Positions 56,747-64,000 of a stretch of DNA of 64,000 nt are shown here, one piece after another (position 1 is the first letter of the stretch; the number at the start of each line of letters is the position of its first letter). The translations under genes and the position numbers were made by a program. Under the pieces are notes generated by a model, which saw nothing but the letters and a program-made list of their open reading frames with translations, made no database searches and was not told the DNA's origin. This stretch comes from Candidatus Saccharimonadota bacterium (GTDB lineage Bacteria > Patescibacteriota > Saccharimonadia > QS-5-54-17): positions 1,623 through 65,622 of the forward strand of contig JBJHCT010000002.1 in NCBI GenBank assembly GCA_050486185.1. Reading direction: 5' to 3'.

Positions 56747-57803
56747 CGCTAACCTCCTTAAGAGCTAAGCCAACAGCGGTAGTGTATAAAGATACCTCGT
56801 TTTTATGGGGTGGCTGTAAAGGGGAGACTTTGATATTAGCCAAAGGGTTACAGGTGCTAACCGGTATACCGGTTAAATGGGCTATAAAGTCACTCATGCC
56901 CGGTAAGGATGATCCACCACCTACGACAACTATCTCTTCAATATGCTGATCGAATTTAGAGTGCTCATGGTGGTATCTAAGCATTTTCTGAACTTCATTA
57001 GCTAAAGAGTTTAGCATAGGCGATAGTACTGAAGTTAGCTGAGACTGCCACTTACTTTCTGTAATGCCGTAACGATTCTTGATTTTCTGGGCTTGATGCT
57101 TATCGATTCCTAGCGCTTGAGCAATAGCATTGGTTATATCTAAACCACCAGTGTCTACAGAACCGATTAGCTGTAAACCTTGATCGTAAATAGCTAGGTC
57201 GCTAGACTCGGCCCCGAAGTCAATAATTACTTTGGGTTTTTGATTACCCACACTATGGTTAACAGCTCTAACAATAGCTGATAGGTTAGGCTCAATAATC
57301 TCTACCTCGAGACCTAAAACGCCAAAAAGATTAATATATGAATCAACCACTTTTTTAGGAGTAGCTACTATCAAAACTAGCATTTCATCACTCTTTTCAT
57401 CAGCATCTTTGGTGATAGTGTAATCTAAATATATTTGATCAGGTGGCAAGGGTACATACTGTTCAGCCTGCATGCGTATAGCGGTCTCTAAGTCATCACC
57501 GCTAAGCCTAGGCAGAGTGATAGCTCTGGCGAATATCTGTGAAGTAGGGATAGATATAGCTACTCGATTGGTAGTAACTTCGCCGATAATCGATTGACCT
57601 AGTAGTTCTTTAATCGACTGGGCAATTACTTGAGGTTGTTTAATCTCTCCACCCTCAATAGCTTTTGGATCAAAGCTATTGTAGCCATAACCAACTGCCT
57701 CTACTTGATTTTTGGTCTTTGATATCTGGGCTACTTTAATAGTCTGTAGTCCAATATCTACTCCAAATATGGGTTTTTGTTTATAAAACAGTGCTTTACT
57801 CAT
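56739..57803 (-). CDS. pilM: Type IV pilus assembly protein PilM (locus B)
   Basis: GVDIG..TIKVAQ, IIDFGA, VVVGGGS.LPG, NP and YTTAVGLALK. Confidence 0.95.
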   Translation of the reverse strand: MSKALFYKQKPIFGVDIGLQTIKVAQISKTKNQVEAVGYGYNSFDPKAIEGGEIKQPQVIAQSIKELLGQSIIGEVTTNRVAISIPTSQIFARAITLPRLSGDDLETAIRMQAEQYVPLPPDQIYLDYTITKDADEKSDEMLVLIVATPKKVVDSYINLFGVLGLEVEIIEPNLSAIVRAVNHSVGNQKPKVIIDFGAESSDLAIYDQGLQLIGSVDTGGLDITNAIAQALGIDKHQAQKIKNRYGITESKWQSQLTSVLSPMLNSLANEVQKMLRYHHEHSKFDQHIEEIVVVGGGSSLPGMSDFIAHLTGIPVSTCNPLANIKVSPLQPPHKNEVSLYTTAVGLALKEVSDD

Positions 57804-57871
57804 AATATTACCATTAGCATTATATCAGGGATAGTTAACCAGTGCGATTGGGAGTAGTCTGTATATTCTCC

Positions 57872-59239
57872 TTATTCAAATATCTGTTGATAGTTTTTAA
57901 TAGACCAAACACTTTGACCGGATGATAGTTCCTGTCCAAAAGTAATGTTACCGGTGTTGCCTAAATGAATGGTCTGACCCAAGATTGCTCCGACTGAACC
58001 ACTGTTACTTAACTCAACTTTACTCCAACGAGCATAGAATTTACTACCGGCCGCTAGAGAGGAGTTGTCTAAAGTTATGGTAGTAATTGATTGTGAATTA
58101 TATAAATCAACGCCGCTAACTTCACTACAATCTGGTGAACAGCTAGCAGTGGAGTGAAAAGTGATGAATTCTACACCTAAACCATCAGAGTTAGTTAGTA
58201 TTTTCGAGGAGTTACGCATCTCGATGCCATCTGAGCCATCAACCATAATAACTGGCAAGTTTTCACTAATAGTATCTGATATCTCAATAGTTCCAGAGTT
58301 TCTCATACTCAAACTTCCATCCATCCAAACATCGCCCTCTACTACAACGGTACAGCTACGCCTAATACTCACATCACCACCAGTAATATGGGTGTTAGCT
58401 GGCCAAGTTTTGACTTGATTGTTGTTGGTGCAGCTAGCTTCAATATTAGTCATGGTATTAGTCGCAGCATCTTGATGAGCTTGACGATCGTACTCTGGTA
58501 GATCAACGGGATCACTGCTACTACCTTCGATTAATCCCGGACTATACATACCGCTACCATTAGTTTGGTTAGTGGCACGTACCTCACCATATATACTGGC
58601 TTGATTACTTATACTGATGGGTTCACCACTAGTGCACTGTGAAGGAAAGCTGCTATCTGGGGGTTCAGGGCAGAACATATGGGCTACATAAACATTACCA
58701 GGATTATCTTCACTACCGATACGAGCGCTATTGCTCATATTGATATAGCCATTAACATAGACATCGCCATTAGCAATGGTAGCGCTATTGGACATAATCA
58801 GACCTCCTGGGCCGGTCTGTATAGAGTAATCATCAGTAGTCGTACCGACCACTACTAAACGAATGCTACGGCTAATTAAAGGATCACTAGCCGTACTCGG
58901 CATATAGACTCGACCAGTAGCAGTAATTATCTTTTCGTTACTTAAACCACCTTCGGCGATAGTAGTTTGATAGGTAACCCTACCTTGTGTTTGATTTTGT
59001 GCGAACACTTCCTCACTTTGATATCCAGCAAAATCACTGTCATTATTTAATTCGTGTAAAGTTTTCTCAGCCCCGGCTTCAGCTGCCAGCATGGCGTTGG
59101 CTCGAGCTATACCTCGATCGGCAATATTCATCTGAGCTAAGACCAGGCTAGATAAAGACAAGCCAACAGTTAGAATTATTAGCATTATTACTAAAAGAGT
59201 AGGCAGTATCATACCTTGAGAATTATCGACTTTATTCAT
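57872..59239 (-). CDS. PilX-like minor pilin with beta-helix-like C-terminus
   Basis: G|MILPT prepilin lacking Glu5, AMLAAEAG PilX_N motif and repeated I.MSNSA.I strands. The start was set to ATG 59239. Confidence 0.85.
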   Translation of the reverse strand: MNKVDNSQGMILPTLLVIMLIILTVGLSLSSLVLAQMNIADRGIARANAMLAAEAGAEKTLHELNNDSDFAGYQSEEVFAQNQTQGRVTYQTTIAEGGLSNEKIITATGRVYMPSTASDPLISRSIRLVVVGTTTDDYSIQTGPGGLIMSNSATIANGDVYVNGYINMSNSARIGSEDNPGNVYVAHMFCPEPPDSSFPSQCTSGEPISISNQASIYGEVRATNQTNGSGMYSPGLIEGSSSDPVDLPEYDRQAHQDAATNTMTNIEASCTNNNQVKTWPANTHITGGDVSIRRSCTVVVEGDVWMDGSLSMRNSGTIEISDTISENLPVIMVDGSDGIEMRNSSKILTNSDGLGVEFITFHSTASCSPDCSEVSGVDLYNSQSITTITLDNSSLAAGSKFYARWSKVELSNSGSVGAILGQTIHLGNTGNITFGQELSSGQSVWSIKNYQQIFE

Positions 59240-59921
59240 TTCTAAATACTCCCCTAATACTAAAGTCTGCCTGCAAATCACGAGAGTAGACTCGATCAGA
59301 AATCGATAAATCTACTCTAACCGATCGAGCATTTTCATCTTCTGGCGAAACTTCTTCATCTTCAAAACTGAAGTAGGTGATGGTGAAATTACTGACATTA
59401 GAAGCTAGTAGGGTATCTGATGGACACCCAGTGGTTCCGCTTGGACAGGTAGTACCAGCAGCGTTACCCTCAACATCAGCTGCTAATATGCGCTTATATA
59501 AATTACCGTTATCTAGGAAATAAACTAAATTATTCTTGTGGGTGATATAGGCAAAAGGATCTTCATATATGAAGTTATTGTTACTATCTACAACAGGGGA
59601 GGCTAAAATCAAAACTTCGCCATTTGACACCCAGCTATAATCATCAGCAGGTGAGTCAGGCGCATGAGAGTCTGGCCAACGATTAATCTCATCTACTCGA
59701 GCGCTATGTTTAATGTCTTGATTAATAACTTCCAGGCTAATCTGAGCGTCCATTAGTAGTTTCGATCTAGCTGAAGCTATGGCATTGGCTACAATCTTAT
59801 CACTAAAGAAACTCAAGATAATGGCAATCAAGATACCGGTCACAGCTGTAACTACAATCAGCTCTATCAGAGTAATGCCTCGGCTTCGGTGTTTAAGTTT
59901 GAATAATGATTTTTGACTCAT
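59232..59921 (-). CDS. Minor pilin (PilW-like)
   Basis: G|ITLIE site, INQDIK, LASNVSNFTITYF and a terminal RN motif. Confidence 0.88.
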   Translation of the reverse strand: MSQKSLFKLKHRSRGITLIELIVVTAVTGILIAIILSFFSDKIVANAIASARSKLLMDAQISLEVINQDIKHSARVDEINRWPDSHAPDSPADDYSWVSNGEVLILASPVVDSNNNFIYEDPFAYITHKNNLVYFLDNGNLYKRILAADVEGNAAGTTCPSGTTGCPSDTLLASNVSNFTITYFSFEDEEVSPEDENARSVRVDLSISDRVYSRDLQADFSIRGVFRNE

Positions 59922-60325
59922 TGCGATATCCCGATAGAACCGATAATGCCGGTTAATATAATAGTTTTACCATCAGGACTTTGGGCGTAGGTAATGTTAA
60001 CTTCTAACTCTTTGAGGCCTGGTGTATCTTCACTGACATGAACTTGAGCAGATCTTGGTTCTGGCAGTTCTTGAGGTAGCTCATCGGTAAAATCGATAAT
60101 AGTATCAGGCTCTAGTGAGTTGTAGTGGTTATTTCTAAGAGACTCGATCTTAGCCTCGCCAGCTTTAGTAGCTAATTCGATATTATGAGTGCGTCTCTGT
60201 ATGGTGTCTATAGATATAAATAGCTGGAATACCCCTACTACTATTAGGCTGAATATAGACATAGCAATCAATAACTCTATGAGGGTAAATCCAAGATTAG
60301 AAGGTGTTTGTGGCAATGCTTTCAA
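59918..60325 (-). CDS. Minor pilin (PilV-like)
   Basis: G|FTLIE site, KIESLRNN.Y..L and GLKELEVNITY. Likely TTG start at 60325 with an AAGGA SD. Confidence 0.85.
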   Translation of the reverse strand: MKALPQTPSNLGFTLIELLIAMSIFSLIVVGVFQLFISIDTIQRRTHNIELATKAGEAKIESLRNNHYNSLEPDTIIDFTDELPQELPEPRSAQVHVSEDTPGLKELEVNITYAQSPDGKTIILTGIIGSIGISQ

Positions 60326-60391
60326 TACAAAGTCCTTAAGGTTTAATATAACTAATTCTAGCACTAATACCACCTAGACTACATTGGGATC

Positions 60392-60428
60392 AATAAATAA
60401 ACCGGCTGCAAATTAGTGCAACCGGTTT
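60392..60428 (-). terminator. Intrinsic terminator after the locus B major pilin
   Basis: Minus strand AAACCGGTTGCA-ctaatt-TGCAGCCGGTTT followed by ATTTATT. Confidence 0.75.
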
Positions 60429-60470
60429 AAGTCGTGCGACCACTTTTAGTTGAGGCAGCTCTTCTTTAAG

Positions 60471-60905
60471 CTATTCTGCAACTACTCCAGATGGTCGATT
60501 GATGCTGTTGACGACGTAGTTACTATCATCATCTCCAGTGTCTGGGTCGTCGGCGTTTTCTAGCTCAACAGTGATAGTGTAGGCTACACAAGTCTCCGCT
60601 CCAGTACATTCATTACCATCGTCAAGAAGTGGCTCATATCCATCTCTAACATCTTCAGCAAAGTCGTCTGCTTCATAGTTAGTGATATCTGCTAGGTCAA
60701 CAGGATAACTCTGGTTGTCGTTCCAATAAGTTTCTAGTAGTAGAGAGAGGTTTCTAGCATCACTCTTTCTCTCTGTATCCCGAGCTCTTTCCTGAGCTGA
60801 GAATAGGTTAGGTAGGGTTAGAGCTACCAGTATGCCAATAACTACTATAACTACCAATAGTTCTATCAGGGTAAATCCCCGTTGTCTATTGATTAAACTT
60901 TTCAT
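60471..60905 (-). CDS. Type IV pilin, probable major pilin of locus B (GspG-like)
   Basis: G|FTLIELLVVIVVIGIL, RARDTERKSD, YP and a Cys pair. Strong AAGGAGG SD, own promoter and terminator. Confidence 0.92.
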   Translation of the reverse strand: MKSLINRQRGFTLIELLVVIVVIGILVALTLPNLFSAQERARDTERKSDARNLSLLLETYWNDNQSYPVDLADITNYEADDFAEDVRDGYEPLLDDGNECTGAETCVAYTITVELENADDPDTGDDDSNYVVNSINRPSGVVAE

Positions 60906-60957
60906 CTATTTCCTCCTTTATAGGTTTTTAGATATTGTCGATTTTTATATACTTTAG

Positions 60958-60986
60958 AGGTTATAACGGTTATGCTTCGGTGTCAA
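60958..60986 (-). promoter_or_regulatory. Sigma70-type promoter of the locus B major pilin
   Basis: TTGACA-17 nt-TAACCT on the minus strand. Confidence 0.55.
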
Positions 60987-61037
60987 TAGGGGTACCCTGA
61001 TTTGGCTACCTATACTACAAAAATTATCAGTGCTTAG

Positions 61038-62252
61038 CTAAAAACCTTGAGTCATCTCTGTTAATGGTCCAAAGATACTAGCTATGATTAAGGCTACTAT
61101 TCCTCCCAAAGCCACTATTAAGGCAGGTTCAATTACGGAGTTGATACCGGTTATAGCTCTATCTACTTCTTGTTCATAAAATACAGCAATTCTTTCTAGC
61201 ACTGTATCTATCTGTCCGGTCTCTTCACCGACCGCCGCCATCTGAGTCACAATACCTGGGAAGATGCCTGAACTAGCTAGAGAAATTGAAATCGGTTGAC
61301 CGTTTTTAATCTTATCTATACTAGATGATAGACCTTCTTGTATGACCATATTGGATAAAGCACCGCTAGTAATCTCTAAGGCGTTGACCACAGATATACC
61401 GGCACCAGTTAGCGAGCTAAATATGCGTGAGAATCTAGCTACATTTACTTTTAAGATAATAGTGCCAAAAGCTGGTATTTTCAGTAGCAAGCTATCTAGC
61501 ATATATTTGCCTTTTGGCGTACGCACAAACCTACTAGTTGCTACAACAGCTAATATGGTGACAACTATTAGTATTAGACCGTTATTGACTAGAAAGTTAC
61601 TAAAAGATATTAGTAATTGGGTTTGAGCGGGTAGCTCTGTGCCGAAATCATCAAATATGGCGGTAAATTTAGGAATAATATTGGTCATCAAAAAGATAAC
61701 TGCACCTATAGCCACAGTCAAAACTACGCTTGGATATATCAAGGCTCCTCGGAGCTTGCTTTTGATTTCTGCATCTTTCTCTACCTGAGATGCTAATCTA
61801 TCCATTATCTGATCCAAGATACCACCTTCTTCACCGGCCTTGATCATATTGACATAAACACTAGAGAAGGTCTTAGGGTATTTACTCATGGCCTCAGACA
61901 GCTGAGTACCGGCCTCTACTTCAGATACGATATCTTCCAAAATCTTCTTTAGTCCTAGTGACTCAGTCTGATTTGACATAGTGGAGAGCGATCTAACCAA
62001 AGGCACCCCAGCACCGACCATAGTAGCCATTTGCCGGGTGAATACTACGATATCCATAGTTTTTACTTTGTTAGAGCTGCCAATATTTATATTTAAGTTC
62101 TTGATTGATCTGCCACCAGCCTTATCGATTTTAAGTGGACTCAAGCCCTTGTATTGCAAGGCAGATATAGCGGCCTCTTTAGAGTCAGCCTCTATGCAGC
62201 CCTTTTGCATCTCGCCTTTATCGCTCATCGCGGTATATTGAAATTCAGCCAC
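61038..62252 (-). CDS. pilC: Type IV pilus platform protein PilC (locus B)
   Basis: FTRQMATMVGAG, AGEEGG, ALIYP, QMAAVGEETG and IEP. Confidence 0.95.
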   Translation of the reverse strand: MAEFQYTAMSDKGEMQKGCIEADSKEAAISALQYKGLSPLKIDKAGGRSIKNLNINIGSSNKVKTMDIVVFTRQMATMVGAGVPLVRSLSTMSNQTESLGLKKILEDIVSEVEAGTQLSEAMSKYPKTFSSVYVNMIKAGEEGGILDQIMDRLASQVEKDAEIKSKLRGALIYPSVVLTVAIGAVIFLMTNIIPKFTAIFDDFGTELPAQTQLLISFSNFLVNNGLILIVVTILAVVATSRFVRTPKGKYMLDSLLLKIPAFGTIILKVNVARFSRIFSSLTGAGISVVNALEITSGALSNMVIQEGLSSSIDKIKNGQPISISLASSGIFPGIVTQMAAVGEETGQIDTVLERIAVFYEQEVDRAITGINSVIEPALIVALGGIVALIIASIFGPLTEMTQGF

Positions 62253-62262
62253 TTTAAAACCC

Positions 62263-64000
62263 CTACTCTCTGGTTACTCTTAATACTTCTTCGATAGCAG
62301 TAACGCCGTTTAAAGCTTTCATGAATCCGTCTAGCTGCATAGTCATCATGCCGTTTTCTATAGCTTGATGCTGGATATCATCACTAGTGGCGTTACCGAC
62401 AATTAACTTAGAGATAGTCTCATCGATCTCCAGTACCTCATAGATACCCATTCTGCCACTGTAGCCCTCCCCGTCGCACTCGTCACAACCCTCGCCCGGT
62501 TTAAAGAGGGCGAGGTTGTTAAGGTCGACCTCGCTAGGCGCTAAGTTTTTTGTTGAGTCTTGGCTTTTCTTGCCTTCTTTTTTATCTTCATCCTTAGACT
62601 TATTCTTTTTCTTAGAGTTTCTCTCTAGGTCTAGCTTGAGGCTTTCATTGATTAGGGGTAGATACCTTTCTAGATAAAACTCTTGATTTAGTTTTGCTAG
62701 CTCTTTTTCATCAGGGCTGTAGTTTTGTCTGCAGTTGGTGCATAGTTTGCGCACCAATCGCTGCCCAACCACCACTCTAACCGTTGAAGCAATCAAGAAA
62801 GGCTCAGCTCCCATATCTAGAAGTCTAGGTAAAGTCGTAGCTGCATTGTTGGTGTGAAGGGTTGATAACACTAAGTGGCCGGTTAAGGCTGCTTGGATAG
62901 CTAGATCAGAGGTCTCACCGTCACGAACCTCACCGACCATAATGATATTGGGGTCTTGTCTAAGTAGAGCCCTTAATCCAGAAGCAAAGGTCATGCCGGC
63001 CTTAGGGTTGACTTGAGTTTGGTTAACTCCTTGGATACGGTACTCTACGGGATCTTCGACGGTCGATATATTTACTTTAGGTGAATTGAGACTAGTTAGA
63101 ATGCTATAAAGGGTAGTTGATTTACCTGAACCGGTAGGTCCGGTGACCAAAATCATACCGTGTGGTTGGTGCATAGCCCTATCCATTTTCTCTAGTGGGC
63201 TACTGCCAAAACCCAGCTCTTCTAAAGTTAGAGCTCTTGAGGATTCATTGAGCAGTCTCATGACTACTTTTTCACCGTCCATAGTCGGTAGGGTAGAGAC
63301 ACGTAGAGCCACAGTACCTGAAGCGGTCTGGATCTTGAATCTACCATCTTGGGGTTTGCGGTGTTCATCAATCTTTAAGTTAGCCATAATTTTGATTCTC
63401 GATACTAGAGCTAACATTAAGTTCCTGGGTAGGGTATTGGCTTCTTTGAGTACGCCGTCGACTCGGTAGCGAATCTGGACTAACTGCTCTCTAGGCTCGA
63501 TATGAACATCAGAGGCTCCTTCCTTGATGGCGTATTCGATTAATAGGTTAACTGTTTTAGCTATAGGGGAGTCTTCGGCTACTTCATCGGCACTAACTTC
63601 TTCTGCTATTATCTCATCTTCACCCTCGGGAATAACTTTGGTAATCTCACTATCTAAGTTGCCTTTATATTGCTCAAGAACCTTATTTATATCGCTATCG
63701 GTAGCTATATAGAAATGGACATCTTTACCTAGTAGTTTTTCCAGGGCGTCGATAGCGGGTAGATCACCTGGATCGGATATAGCTACTTTGCGGCCACCTT
63801 TGTCGGTAGCTTCAAATAGCACTGCTCTATACTGTCTGGCGATATGCTCGGGTATGAGGTTGAGTACTGGCGGTTCAATATTGACATTAGCTAAAGAGAC
63901 GAACTCAGCTCCGATATTATCAGCGTAGAGTTTGGTTAGATCTTTATCACTAAAAACTTTCTTATCGATCAGTACATCCTGAAGAGGCTTCTTTTGCTTC
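62263..64000 (-). CDS. pilB: Type IV pilus extension ATPase PilB/GspE, N-terminus beyond the window
   Basis: ASDVHIEP, PQDGR, Walker A GPTGSGKST, LRQDPNIIMVGEVRD, TGHLVLSTLHTN and two CxxC pairs. The frame stays open from 63822 to the window end. Confidence 0.96.
   Translation of the reverse strand, partial: KQKKPLQDVLIDKKVFSDKDLTKLYADNIGAEFVSLANVNIEPPVLNLIPEHIARQYRAVLFEATDKGGRKVAISDPGDLPAIDALEKLLGKDVHFYIATDSDINKVLEQYKGNLDSEITKVIPEGEDEIIAEEVSADEVAEDSPIAKTVNLLIEYAIKEGASDVHIEPREQLVQIRYRVDGVLKEANTLPRNLMLALVSRIKIMANLKIDEHRKPQDGRFKIQTASGTVALRVSTLPTMDGEKVVMRLLNESSRALTLEELGFGSSPLEKMDRAMHQPHGMILVTGPTGSGKSTTLYSILTSLNSPKVNISTVEDPVEYRIQGVNQTQVNPKAGMTFASGLRALLRQDPNIIMVGEVRDGETSDLAIQAALTGHLVLSTLHTNNAATTLPRLLDMGAEPFLIASTVRVVVGQRLVRKLCTNCRQNYSPDEKELAKLNQEFYLERYLPLINESLKLDLERNSKKKNKSKDEDKKEGKKSQDSTKNLAPSEVDLNNLALFKPGEGCDECDGEGYSGRMGIYEVLEIDETISKLIVGNATSDDIQHQAIENGMMTMQLDGFMKALNGVTAIEEVLRVTRE

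Overview
Chromosomal window from a reduced-genome bacterium. Gene content points to Patescibacteria/CPR, most like Saccharibacteria: a short GAD-less AspRS, GFTIIEVVLVLAIAGL and G-E-TIVE pilins, and two monoderm-type pilMNO sets with no PilQ in the window. Most of it is housekeeping: dnaG-rpoD-polA-dsbB-mutM-holA, rpsT, truB-rpsO-pnp-udg-rnj-ftsK, rpsF-ssb-rpsR-efp-tlyA, ychF, aspS-yebC-ruvCAB and one tRNA-Ser(GGA). Two convergent type IV pilus loci lie at 34.8-45.2 kb (+) and 55.3-64 kb (-). The best leads are: (1) an HNH nuclease, a nuclease-less ComEC and a lamin-tail/Cys-repeat surface protein in tandem, which may form an undescribed DNA uptake machine; (2) strong over-representation of the normally avoided palindrome CTAG, which drops out in a post-tRNA islet and in ychF; (3) an unannotated 22-codon ORF with overlapping alternative hairpins in the long leader of a Kef-type K+ transporter; (4) many genes with a -10 box exactly 7 nt before the ATG (leaderless); (5) a recurring AGCAYAAGC motif at pilus promoters; (6) a minor pilin fused to FN3 and a Gly-rich domain. 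I saw no rRNA, CRISPR array, transposase or integrase. All calls come from motif recognition by eye, and motif counts are hand counts.
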